Source: a virus (taxonomy: Duplodnaviria; Caudoviricetes). Taken from it: a stretch of DNA of 64,000 nucleotides. Location of the stretch: positions 32,001-96,000 of the IMG/VR virus record IMGVR_UViG_3300021400_001310; one strand, written 5' to 3'. Under the pieces are notes generated by a model. That model was not told the DNA's origin and did no database searches. It saw only the letters and a program-made list of their open reading frames with translations. Shown here piece by piece: positions 30,079 through 39,486 of the stretch; within the stretch, counting starts at the first letter, position 1, and every line of letters begins with the position of its first letter. The position numbers and the translations under genes were made by a program.

Positions 30079-30861
30079 TTAATTATTGAACATCTGATAA
30101 TACTCACAAGAATTATTTAAACCACACAGGTATTTACATCTAAAATATTCTATTTCTGGATTGAATTCATCTGTTTCTTCGATTTTATGAATAGTATCAA
30201 TTGCCCATCTTTTAATTTCTTCATATCGTTCTAATCGAAAAGGTTCTTTAATAAAATTATTTGCAAGAAAAGAATTGATACATAAATATTTCGGTAACCT
30301 TTTATACTCTCTTTCTATTGGAACTGCGTATAAATATAACTGATCAAGCGTCTTTTCGATATCTTTATCATTCTTTGTTAAACGTTTCTTTTTTGAACGA
30401 GGTTTTAATCTTTTTGACTTATGATCTACTATACATAAATCATTTCCGTCTAAACCTAAATAATCAATTACTCCGACAAAATTATAATTATTTAATTTAA
30501 AAAACTGTTTTGACTCAACAGATATTTTTTCAAGAGGTATAGGTTCAAAACTATCTAAATAACTAAGCCCATCCTTGATATATTTACAAACAGTTTGTTC
30601 GCTCGGACGCTCTCCTTTAACCTCAGATGAGAAGTTCAGTAAAAATTCTTTTTTTAAATCTTCTTTTTTTATCTGTCCATTATAGAATTGTTCTAACAAT
30701 CCGTGCATAAATTTGCCGAAACTCGAATAAAACATCTCTTCGTTATTCGCTTTATATATATATCTTAAAAAAAACTGATATGGACATTCTTCAAAACATT
30801 TAATACGAGTGTAGCTCCATGTCATCTTGTCTATGATTGGTTTATATTTTGCCATAATCAA
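30079..30861 (-). CDS. PD-(D/E)XK exonuclease (Cas4/RecB-like, 4 Cys)
   Basis: SYT...CP, G.ID, VDHKS, QL.LYA, C..C....C. Confidence 0.85.
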   Translation of the reverse strand: MIMAKYKPIIDKMTWSYTRIKCFEECPYQFFLRYIYKANNEEMFYSSFGKFMHGLLEQFYNGQIKKEDLKKEFLLNFSSEVKGERPSEQTVCKYIKDGLSYLDSFEPIPLEKISVESKQFFKLNNYNFVGVIDYLGLDGNDLCIVDHKSKRLKPRSKKKRLTKNDKDIEKTLDQLYLYAVPIEREYKRLPKYLCINSFLANNFIKEPFRLERYEEIKRWAIDTIHKIEETDEFNPEIEYFRCKYLCGLNNSCEYYQMFNN

Positions 30862-30872
30862 TTACCATTCAG

Positions 30873-31256
30873 TTAAAACGGTAACGGCTCGTCGTCGATA
30901 TCTAAGTCTCCCTCAACGGGTTCAGGATCATCCTTTGAAACCGTTTCTTCATTCTTTTTATAATTTGAGGAAACAGATTCAAATGAAAAAACTTTATATG
31001 ATATATACTCTCTTTTGGTTTCTTTGTTATAGGATGTTGAAACATCAACCTCTCCGAGTTTAATTCTATCGCCTTTCTTCAATGCTAATGCCTGCTGTGA
31101 TACTGCAGAACCAAGACATCTGACAATTCCTGAAAAATCAGTTATGTATCCCTTATCTTCACTTTTCTTACTAATTGATACCCTAAGTTTTGTTACATTG
31201 TTTGAGATTGATTCAACTTCCCAAACCGTAGCATATGCGCCATTTCTAAATCCCAT
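30873..31256 (-). CDS. ssb: Single-stranded DNA-binding protein
   Basis: OB-fold size, acidic DDEPLPF tail. Confidence 0.8.
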   Translation of the reverse strand: MGFRNGAYATVWEVESISNNVTKLRVSISKKSEDKGYITDFSGIVRCLGSAVSQQALALKKGDRIKLGEVDVSTSYNKETKREYISYKVFSFESVSSNYKKNEETVSKDDPEPVEGDLDIDDEPLPF

Positions 31257-31269
31257 ACTTAACACTCCT

Positions 31270-31992
31270 TTAAAAATTTGTTTTCTTTAAAAATTTATTT
31301 TCAAATTCTGTTAAAATCTTTGAAGCCAAAACAGGTTCAGATACTTTTCTGTAATCTCCGTCTTTCACATACTGCGTCATAAATTTACGAACGTCATCTG
31401 TTCTTTCTGGATTAGCTGCCAAATATACATTAACATAATCTTTGATTAGACCTTTAATCGATTCGAGAGTTGCTTTCTGTTCAGCAATTTCAGCTTCTTT
31501 TTGTTTAGAACGATATGCATCTACATCAGTTTCCATCTGTGCGATTTGGAAAAAGCTTATAAGAAAATATCTTGTACAATAAGTAATTGCACTACCGAAG
31601 CTTTGGCTGGGATCAGCCTGAGAACCAGTCAGGAACCACCTTACATCCATTCTATCATCAGGATTATCGTCATTAATCCAAGTAAAAACCATCTCAGCGG
31701 TAACAAGCATCTCAGTTTTTGTTTCGTCATAAGTTCTTCCTTGTTTATCAACCTTAGTGCTAACATTAGTAATCGAACTAACTTCTCCTGTAGTTGGAAC
31801 GATTGAAGGAATAAGTGAAACTCTGTATTTTTCCATACCGGCAGTTATCTTTGCAAGAATATTTGTGATATCAGAATACTTATAGTTGTATCCTTTTTTA
31901 TCCTTCTTTACGGCTTCTGCAAACTTTCTGATCTTTGAAAGCTTTTGAACGAGATTAAGCTCGCTCTCTGTTGTATTATTCTGTGTTGGCAT
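31270..31992 (-). CDS. ERF-family single-strand annealing protein
   Basis: GYNYKY, QSFGSAITYCTRY motif. Confidence 0.85.
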   Translation of the reverse strand: MPTQNNTTESELNLVQKLSKIRKFAEAVKKDKKGYNYKYSDITNILAKITAGMEKYRVSLIPSIVPTTGEVSSITNVSTKVDKQGRTYDETKTEMLVTAEMVFTWINDDNPDDRMDVRWFLTGSQADPSQSFGSAITYCTRYFLISFFQIAQMETDVDAYRSKQKEAEIAEQKATLESIKGLIKDYVNVYLAANPERTDDVRKFMTQYVKDGDYRKVSEPVLASKILTEFENKFLKKTNF

Positions 31993-32019
31993 TTAATACC
32001 TCCTAATTAAAAATTACTT

Positions 32020-32060
32020 GAGAACCAACGGAGTTGAACCGCTGCACATCCCTTGTTCTC
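32020..32060 (-). ncRNA. tRNA-like minihelix (acceptor + T arm only)
   Basis: GAGAAC/GTTCTC stem enclosing CAGCGG-TTCAACT-CCGTTG. Confidence 0.35.
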
Positions 32061-32132
32061 GTATCGGGTATATTTTCTGTATTGATATGTATTAAGTAAA
32101 AAGATCCTTTCGGGTCTTTTTACAATTAAGTA

Positions 32133-33089
32133 TTAATAATAAAAAGCAGCTTTCCATCTGTCATAGTCTATAGAATAGTCTGTAGCAATTTTTCTGATAA
32201 CGTTCTTTTTTGTGCACTGAGCCGATATTAAATCATACTCCCTGCCCTCAGTATAGAACTCAGCTTCATCTATAAAATCAACAGGCAGTCCGGCAATTTC
32301 TTGTTCGTACTTACGATAGAATATCCCAGAATCAAATAGCCTTTTATAACTTAGCCTGCTGGAAACTTTACCATCGTTAAATGCGTTACGTATTTTTCTT
32401 GTTACTTCTGTGCTAATATAATCAATACTCCCAGCCGTTTCTTTAGTTCCTCTTAATATAGAGGTTCCATTAAATCTTGGCTTATTAATCTTTTCTGCAT
32501 ACATAGGATGAATATATACAAAATAATCATTATTCGCACAAACTTTAAACGCATCAATGGCTTCTCGGTATATCGGATATTTTCTTCCATTTAAAATAAT
32601 ACTCATTGATCTTAAATGGATGTTTTCTTTAGTAATTGACAATAAGTCTTCAATTCTGATTCCACTAAAAGCACACCAAAGATAGCATCTGTATACCGAA
32701 TCGTGTGTGCCTAATGTCGGCGGATCAAAGACCTTATCAAGAAATGTTTGTAGCTGTAACGGATTGGCGACCATCTGCAGTTTGACTTTATCCAAACCGA
32801 CACTCTCAATCCCTTTAATCGAATCACACGCCCCTGGGATATGATTGTTGTTTGCCCATTTAAAATATTCACGAAGAACATTGATTCTTGAAATATGAGA
32901 TCTACTCTTCCTTGTAGAAATATTATCAACCACAGTTTGAAGTTTTTCTAAATCGAATGTACATATATCAGCACCAATTTCCTGCTCCCATTTTTCTGTA
33001 GCATCAAACACATGTGCAGCATCTCTTTGAGACTTTAATCCACGATATCTCTCGTCGATAAATCGCTCCTTTATTTGTGCGTTAAACAT
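32133..33089 (-). CDS. Tyrosine-recombinase-fold protein (SPbeta YopR/MrpR-like repressor candidate)
   Basis: SAM-like N domain, FSGIR..DL..I, RLFDSG; lacks the HxxR catalytic motif; AGGAG RBS before ATG 33089. Confidence 0.6.
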   Translation of the reverse strand: MFNAQIKERFIDERYRGLKSQRDAAHVFDATEKWEQEIGADICTFDLEKLQTVVDNISTRKSRSHISRINVLREYFKWANNNHIPGACDSIKGIESVGLDKVKLQMVANPLQLQTFLDKVFDPPTLGTHDSVYRCYLWCAFSGIRIEDLLSITKENIHLRSMSIILNGRKYPIYREAIDAFKVCANNDYFVYIHPMYAEKINKPRFNGTSILRGTKETAGSIDYISTEVTRKIRNAFNDGKVSSRLSYKRLFDSGIFYRKYEQEIAGLPVDFIDEAEFYTEGREYDLISAQCTKKNVIRKIATDYSIDYDRWKAAFYY

Positions 33090-33114
33090 AATGTCCACTC
33101 CTATATTTAAATTA

Positions 33115-33543
33115 TTATGCAACTCTATTTAAGTCTTTAGCCTTTTGCCATATTGATAATAACAAATTCGGATTGATATATGCAATCGCTGATGTGGCTA
33201 ATAAACTACCTTCAGCAACTTTGCTCATTTCGTCTTCGGATATGGTTGTTAAATAAACTCCTATGTTGTCCTTCGACATCCTCTGTGGATTTTCACATAA
33301 AACAATGCTGTTATATTTTAAACCAGTATCGTCTGCTGAAAGAAATACGTGTGTCGGCTGACCCATTTTCTTAATTGCCGTGGTCAGAGGGAGCGCAATG
33401 ATATTAGGACTATGAGAATTACCTACATTGTTCTGAAAAACCAGTCCGGGTCTCCAGCCCTGCTGCTCGCAGCCTTCTCCACTGAATTTCATAAGATATA
33501 TTTCTCCAATCTTCGGAGATGTTCTTTTATTATTATCGTACAT
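33115..33543 (-). CDS. PemK/MazF-family protein
   Basis: GEIY...G.EQ.G.RP.LV.QN..GN..SP..I..PLTT. Confidence 0.9.
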   Translation of the reverse strand: MYDNNKRTSPKIGEIYLMKFSGEGCEQQGWRPGLVFQNNVGNSHSPNIIALPLTTAIKKMGQPTHVFLSADDTGLKYNSIVLCENPQRMSKDNIGVYLTTISEDEMSKVAEGSLLATSAIAYINPNLLLSIWQKAKDLNRVA

Positions 33544-33589
33544 TTAATGCACCCTTTCTTTAAGTATTGCTTTGTTATTGTTTGAGTGC

Positions 33590-33617
33590 ATTATAACATT
33601 TTTAAAGAATAAGTCAA
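33590..33617 (-). promoter_or_regulatory. Sigma-A promoter upstream of the mazF-like gene
   Basis: TTGACT-16 nt-TATAAT with extended TG. Confidence 0.6.
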
Positions 33618-33639
33618 TCCAGTTTTTGTGAATATTTTG

Positions 33640-33960
33640 TTAACATTTCCTTGCAGAGAATGTATATTTAACTATTTTTCCTGTGATAGAAGTACAGCAA
33701 GCTACAAAAAAATCCCTAAATGATGTAGAAAAATCAATCTTTTCAACGTATTTAACTGATCTAAGATAGACTTTAGAGTTCCCGTTTGAAAAAACAATAT
33801 AGTTAGGATTAAAATAAAAGTCAATACTATTAAAAATACCGCTAACTCCAATACACATATTTTTATTTAAGAAATCATTATCTTCTGGAACTATTGAATA
33901 TTCACAATATGTTCCGCTCTTACATATATCCTCTAATTCATAAAGCTTAAATTTTTCCAT
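33640..33960 (-). CDS. Hypothetical protein
   Basis: GGAGG RBS before ATG 33960. Confidence 0.55.
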   Translation of the reverse strand: MEKFKLYELEDICKSGTYCEYSIVPEDNDFLNKNMCIGVSGIFNSIDFYFNPNYIVFSNGNSKVYLRSVKYVEKIDFSTSFRDFFVACCTSITGKIVKYTFSARKC

Positions 33961-33977
33961 TATGTAGTATTCCTCCA

Positions 33978-34163
33978 TTGACAAAATTACCAACAATGTG
34001 TTATACTACAGTCGGTGATAACTTGTTTGCTGTCCTTTCATTAATAACTTTATTATTGAATAGTATATTTTGCTTTCATTGTTGCGAACAGGTAATCATC
34101 AACCGGCAGTAGTTTACTGTTGGGCAACGATCTTGTTAACGGCGAGATCGTTGTTTTTTTTTT
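33978..34163 (+). ncRNA. Putative ~150 nt antisense sRNA with its own promoter and terminator
   Basis: TTGACA(33978)-18 nt-TATACT(34002); strong hairpin 34124-34154 plus T-tract. Confidence 0.5.
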
Positions 34164-34172
34164 ATGCGTTGC

Positions 34173-34220
34173 CGAACAAATGTTCGTCTATATAATATCA
34201 CGCAAATTTCGGTATGTCAA
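34173..34220 (-). promoter_or_regulatory. Sigma-A promoter with Firmicutes LexA (SOS) box
   Basis: TTGACA-17 nt-TATTAT (34220-34192) and perfect CGAAC-AAAT-GTTCG at 34173-34186. Confidence 0.75.
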
Positions 34221-34243
34221 TAACAAATTTAGGAAAATATTTA

Positions 34244-35143
34244 TTAATCACCTTCCGAGACCTTAAAATCGTACTTGATTCCTGTTTTTAAATTGTCCGG
34301 TATATTATAATACTCTGGCAAAGAGTCGATGTACTCTAACAATAGAGTAGGTGTTCCGTCATCTTCCCATGCTCTTTCATAGTCTTGCTGGTATTTTCGA
34401 TTCATACTCCATACAAAATCATGATTGCGACCCATGTTGTGATAATATAAGTTAAGATATTTATTTATCCAGTCAAGCCTATAGCCATGTTCCGCATAAT
34501 ACTTTTTTAGATTATATTCAAGCCGTTGCGTAAATCTATAAAAATAAATCATTTTATATTTAGAGTCATCAGGTGAGCTTAAGCAACTATAACTCAAGAA
34601 GGGTTCAGCTTGTTTATGATATATTAATCCATCGTGCGATAATAATAAATCCAGAATTATTTCTCTTCCTGAATATGCATCTCTAATATCTGGTAAATAT
34701 AATCGACCTTTTTTAAATGCTATCGAATTCTTTCTATCTTCATACGAAGCATTGTTAGGAATGTTGTTATAAAAATCTAATAAATATTCATCTTTTTCCT
34801 TTGCTGCGTTTTTATAATCTTTATCAGAAAAAGCTACAGGATGAAAAAACTTCTTATAAGCTATATAATAATTATTGCCATAAATATACTTAAGGTCATC
34901 AATTACGTCACTGATTATTTCTTTCTGAAATGGTATAGTTTCTTTATTTGACACAAATGTGGAATCATCAATCTTTTTTTTTAGTTCATGCTCCTTGTCA
35001 TAGTTAGTAAATCTATTGTTCATATAAATACGTTCTCTTCTATCTTTGGCAATCTTTGCATCCGCATCAGCACTCTTACACATGTCAATATTAACCTTAA
35101 TTATCAACGCTATAACCGCAAATACCAGAATTACTATGTACAT
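34244..35143 (-). CDS. Membrane-anchored hypothetical protein
   Basis: N-terminal TM helix. Confidence 0.6.
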   Translation of the reverse strand: MYIVILVFAVIALIIKVNIDMCKSADADAKIAKDRRERIYMNNRFTNYDKEHELKKKIDDSTFVSNKETIPFQKEIISDVIDDLKYIYGNNYYIAYKKFFHPVAFSDKDYKNAAKEKDEYLLDFYNNIPNNASYEDRKNSIAFKKGRLYLPDIRDAYSGREIILDLLLSHDGLIYHKQAEPFLSYSCLSSPDDSKYKMIYFYRFTQRLEYNLKKYYAEHGYRLDWINKYLNLYYHNMGRNHDFVWSMNRKYQQDYERAWEDDGTPTLLLEYIDSLPEYYNIPDNLKTGIKYDFKVSEGD

Positions 35144-35144
35144 T

Positions 35145-35396
35145 TTACGCCATAGCCTCCTGAACTGAATTTATCACATCGTACAGCGACTCAAGTGCAT
35201 CGTCTAAATGACCAGCCGCATCTTCAATATTCTGAAATCTGTCCGTATCTGCAAAGCTCTCTGGCATATTATCAAGAGAATCCTGTTCTTCATCAGACAC
35301 GTCAGATATTATTTGTTCCGCCTGTTCTAATAAACTTTCAACCTGTTCTAAGCACTCTAATGCCTTTGAAAGTCTCTTCCTTTTCTTATTGTTCAT
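35145..35396 (-). CDS. Hypothetical helical protein
   Basis: MNNKKRK...DEEQDSLDNMPES conserved phage pattern; RBS favours ATG 35396. Confidence 0.6.
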   Translation of the reverse strand: MNNKKRKRLSKALECLEQVESLLEQAEQIISDVSDEEQDSLDNMPESFADTDRFQNIEDAAGHLDDALESLYDVINSVQEAMA

Positions 35397-35400
35397 CTTA

Positions 35401-35769
35401 TTAGCATCCCCTTTTTGTCCAAACGCTTGGATATGTAAAAGATAAGACAACATAATCTTCGTTATATTTGTCAGTAATAATATCAAAACTCAAGCTATTG
35501 GATATAAGTTTACAAAATATTTTTAGATTTTGATATACATTTAAAACAATGCCGGATAATTCTATTTTAATGTCATTAGTTCTTTCGTCAATGACCACAG
35601 AAAAGCTATCACTATCTATTTCATTACTTAAATAGTCAAAATAATCAGCATATTCTGTTAGAATACTGACATAGTTATCAATTAAGTTATATTCATTCTT
35701 AATCTTCTCGTTATAGAAGGCTACCGAAGCTATTATAATATCTTTACATTTTTCCATATCTTTTATCAC
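35401..35769 (-). CDS. Hypothetical protein
   Basis: ORF in operon. Confidence 0.55.
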   Translation of the reverse strand: MIKDMEKCKDIIIASVAFYNEKIKNEYNLIDNYVSILTEYADYFDYLSNEIDSDSFSVVIDERTNDIKIELSGIVLNVYQNLKIFCKLISNSLSFDIITDKYNEDYVVLSFTYPSVWTKRGC

Positions 35770-36290
35770 CCTTCCTCGGAAATAAATATATCATTAAAAC
35801 AAATCTCGAAATGAACTTTATTACCGAGTTTTCTATAAATAGAAATTTGAGATGCTCTACCAAGCGCAGTTGCAAATAAATTACTATTTATAAAATGCAA
35901 ACTCGATCCCTCAATACATATTGTCCATTGGTATAATGCATACTGCATCGTCTCGCACTTAATTTTTATATCATTATGCAAAGATATACAGTTATATATT
36001 TCCTTGTAAGATTGAAGGAAATCCTCAAATCTACCTTTGTTTAATTTCCACTTAATATCATTTATATCTTTTTCGTTTTCTTCATTGAATAACTGAATTA
36101 AGTTATTAAACTGTTCTTCTTCTAAAGCGTTTAGTTCTTCTTCTGACATATATTCAATTGCTTCAATATTCAAAACTTCCTTAAAGAAATTCCTTAGTTT
36201 TTGCTCTTCACCGGAACCATCGTCTATTAGACTTACTCCATCGTTCTCTATATAATCTTTCTTGTTTTCAATATTATCCGCCATAACCAT
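35766..36290 (-). CDS. Hypothetical protein
   Basis: GGAGG RBS. Confidence 0.55.
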   Translation of the reverse strand: MVMADNIENKKDYIENDGVSLIDDGSGEEQKLRNFFKEVLNIEAIEYMSEEELNALEEEQFNNLIQLFNEENEKDINDIKWKLNKGRFEDFLQSYKEIYNCISLHNDIKIKCETMQYALYQWTICIEGSSLHFINSNLFATALGRASQISIYRKLGNKVHFEICFNDIFISEEG

Positions 36291-36335
36291 CCTCCATTTT
36301 TAAAACCATAATTTATATTATCATAAAAATAAAAA

Positions 36336-37610
36336 CTATTCAAGTGTTCTATTCTTATTAAACGAATTCATCCAGTTTATTAATAAGTCCCTCATTCTCT
36401 TGCTCGGTACATAAATTGTTATAGGTTCACCTACTCTTATAGCGCTCCTCCAAATCCACTGAAGCATAGTCGATAACGCATATTTATCATCATTTAATTC
36501 GATTCCATTTCTATATAACATATTCTTAATTCCAACATTAATATATAGGTTTACGACATATGCAAGGTAGTTCTTATATATATACTCATTCGTTGCTCTT
36601 AAATTAAATACTGTATAGTTTTTTTTATAACCATTTATTGTAATTTTATCAAATGCTGACTTAAAGGTACTCCAAAGTAGATGGACATCACCGTCTAAAT
36701 ATCCTTGTTTTAGATAAGTGTTTAACGCTTTTCTTAATTCTACTATGCCTTTGTTGCCTTTACTTCTTTTTTTAAACCAGCTCTCAGACAAACTGTAATC
36801 AGCTCTGCCAACCATTTTATTATTTTTAACATAAGGCTCATAAATCTTTATTTTATCTTTTAAAGAATATATGTATTCTGGAATATAGTATTCTTTCTTG
36901 TTATCTGTAAACTTGATTTCGCCATCGATATCTTTGTTTATTCCAATATATTTATATTCCATTTTCTTCAACTTAAAAAGACCCCATATAGGCTGTCCTT
37001 CAAAGAGATATGTTAGCAGTATCACATCTTTAAAAGAGTTTATAAATTGTGGAGGTAACGCCCAATAGCATTCGATTATATGGTACTTTCCATCATCTGA
37101 TTGTTCGCAATACCATTCATACTGTTTTAAATCAATTTTACTATAGAGTTCTTTTAATGACGAACCTTCATATTTTTCATCTCCCTTACAGAGCATTCCG
37201 TCTTCGTTTATATTAAAGCACTTACATTTTATTGCCATGTTGAGATCAAAATTGTCATAATAGCATACATCAAATGCGTTAATTGCCTCATCTATTATCA
37301 AATAATACTCTTTTTGTTTAATATCATCGAGCATTTCGTCAGAGAAATTTTCAAAAGAAGAATGAGTTGTTACAACATTATTCCCTTCTGAAATCAGTTT
37401 TGCTATGTGATTAATCTTTTTACCATCGCATCCATCTTCTTTATTACTTGGTGCTACAAAATTACGATCTGCGCACCCTTTCTGAACCCTCTCAACCTCG
37501 GATAAGTATGGTGTAATGTAAATAAATTTCTTATCTTTCTCCTGATTCATGTAGTTAATAGCGGCTGTTGTTTTGCCGCTGCCCATTACTGCATCACATA
37601 TATAAATTAT
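36336..37610 (-). CDS. SF2 helicase-like / origin-binding protein; probable ATA start
   Basis: DAVMGSGKT, IIDEA, QWIWRSAIR; AGGAGG RBS 8 nt before ATA 37610. Confidence 0.7.
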   Translation of the reverse strand: MIYICDAVMGSGKTTAAINYMNQEKDKKFIYITPYLSEVERVQKGCADRNFVAPSNKEDGCDGKKINHIAKLISEGNNVVTTHSSFENFSDEMLDDIKQKEYYLIIDEAINAFDVCYYDNFDLNMAIKCKCFNINEDGMLCKGDEKYEGSSLKELYSKIDLKQYEWYCEQSDDGKYHIIECYWALPPQFINSFKDVILLTYLFEGQPIWGLFKLKKMEYKYIGINKDIDGEIKFTDNKKEYYIPEYIYSLKDKIKIYEPYVKNNKMVGRADYSLSESWFKKRSKGNKGIVELRKALNTYLKQGYLDGDVHLLWSTFKSAFDKITINGYKKNYTVFNLRATNEYIYKNYLAYVVNLYINVGIKNMLYRNGIELNDDKYALSTMLQWIWRSAIRVGEPITIYVPSKRMRDLLINWMNSFNKNRTLE

Positions 37611-37704
37611 ATGTATAGCCTCCTTTTATTAAATTTTGTAAACCAAATTATATTTATTTTTGTTAATTTGTCAATCAGGTTTTTGTAAACAAACTGTTAA
37701 TTTG

Positions 37705-38865
37705 TTATATTGATTTAAGAAGTTTTATACATTTAATAATTTCTTTGGCGGCTATTTCCGCCTCATATATGTTGTTTTCTCTGGAGAAAGAAACTCTAAA
37801 TACCGACCTTGCTTCTTCTGGTGTCAGTCCAATACTTGTTAAAACATGACTTGGATTTGTTATGCTATTATTGCAGGCAGATCCAGCAGACACGCATATT
37901 CCTTGTGAGTTTAACATAATAATCAATGTTTGAGTATCTATTCCGGGAACAAAGATACTCAAGATTCGATTTATTCCGTTGTCCTGATTTAGAAATTTCA
38001 GAGATATATTCTCCACCTCTGCTTGTTGGGTTAACATCTGAATAAAGTATTTACTCGTTTTAGATATGCGTTTATTTATATCTTTTCTATTGGATTTAAG
38101 CCATTCACAAGCACAGCCAAAACCAACAATACCTGCAACATTTTCTGTTCCGCCTCTCAGTCCAAACTCTTGAGCGTTGCCCCCATAAATTAACGGTTTA
38201 ATTATTGATTTATCCCTGATGTATAAAGCACCTACACCTTTAGGAGCATGAATCTTATGGGCTGAAATCGATACGAAGTCATAAAAATCCTTGGTGACAT
38301 CAATATCCAAACAAGTTATTCCTTGTACACAATCAGTATGAAATAAAGAACCCTTACTGTGACTTATATTACAAAGCTCTGCGACATTATTTATCGAGCC
38401 GATCTCATTGTTCATAGACATTACTGAAACCAAACCTGTATTCTTATCTATTGCTTGAGACAAAGAATCAGGTGATATCGTATTATACTCCCTGTTTGGG
38501 TATATTTTTTCGTGAATAAAATCCTCGTTTTGTGCTAACGCTTTTACAGAATTCAACACCGAATCATGTTCAATAGCCGATGTAATAATCTTTTTTCTAC
38601 CCACAGACTTGAGGTGTTCTTTCAATCCAAAGATCACCATATTATTCGCTTCGGTTCCGCCCGAAGTAAAGATTATGCAATTCGGATCATTACAGTTTAT
38701 TAAGGCAGCGACTTGTTCACGAGCTTTATTAATTGCGTTTTTTGATTTTATCCCTAAATCATAAATTGAACCTGCGTTGCCATACAATGTACCGATATAA
38801 GGTTTCATTTCTGTTTCAACGACTGGATAAACCCAGGTCGTAGCAGCGTTATCTAAATATATCAT
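37705..38865 (-). CDS. iscS: Cysteine desulfurase
   Basis: IYLDNAATT, FTSGGTE, SAHKIH (PLP Lys), SAGSAC. Confidence 0.95.
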   Translation of the reverse strand: MIYLDNAATTWVYPVVETEMKPYIGTLYGNAGSIYDLGIKSKNAINKAREQVAALINCNDPNCIIFTSGGTEANNMVIFGLKEHLKSVGRKKIITSAIEHDSVLNSVKALAQNEDFIHEKIYPNREYNTISPDSLSQAIDKNTGLVSVMSMNNEIGSINNVAELCNISHSKGSLFHTDCVQGITCLDIDVTKDFYDFVSISAHKIHAPKGVGALYIRDKSIIKPLIYGGNAQEFGLRGGTENVAGIVGFGCACEWLKSNRKDINKRISKTSKYFIQMLTQQAEVENISLKFLNQDNGINRILSIFVPGIDTQTLIIMLNSQGICVSAGSACNNSITNPSHVLTSIGLTPEEARSVFRVSFSRENNIYEAEIAAKEIIKCIKLLKSI

Positions 38866-39047
38866 CTTATCACCCTGTCATTCTAAATCATATCCCCAAT
38901 GACAGAATCCTGTCACTTCGGTGATATAATCACTAATTTCATCTTCACACTCATAGTTATTTAATTCTTCAGGAATTTCTATCTCGTTGGGCAGATATTC
39001 AAGTTCTAATGGATTATCAACATCCCATTTGATATTTATAGCTTTCA

Positions 39048-39473
39048 TTACAAATCACCCTTTAATAATTTCTCATACCATGAATCTATGACAACTTTAA
39101 TATGAGAAGTATTATAATCATTAGATGTTGTATCAAAGCTGCCTTCTCCAACGTCTTGCTGGTACAACCAAGCAAGCTCAGGTGAAATGATTTTAAATTC
39201 ATATTCGCCGATTGAGAAATAATCTCCAACTTTAAAATCCCCCAAATTTGAGATAATTAAAGCGGGACGAATGCCGTAACTGATGCTGACATCGTCGCCA
39301 TCAAGAAAGACATAGCCATTCCTACCGACGATACACGCATCATCACTGCTAATCCAGGGAGTGCGAAGCCACCAAGGATATTTATATTTTCTCTCTTGTT
39401 CGTTTAACAAACTTGATGCTTCATCTACAGAAAGAAGTGTTGCCCCAGAAAATTCAATGTTATGAGACTCCAT
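39048..39473 (-). CDS. DUF6273-like protein
   Basis: LLS.DEA, WWLRTP, GIRPAL. Confidence 0.6.
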   Translation of the reverse strand: MESHNIEFSGATLLSVDEASSLLNEQERKYKYPWWLRTPWISSDDACIVGRNGYVFLDGDDVSISYGIRPALIISNLGDFKVGDYFSIGEYEFKIISPELAWLYQQDVGEGSFDTTSNDYNTSHIKVVIDSWYEKLLKGDL

Positions 39474-39486
39474 TTTTATAACTTTT

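Noticed and set aside
37705-38865. IscS as part of a dnd phosphorothioation or ThiF sulfur-relay operon
   Set aside because: No dnd/ssp genes nearby; ThiF is 22 kb away in an E2/JAB context
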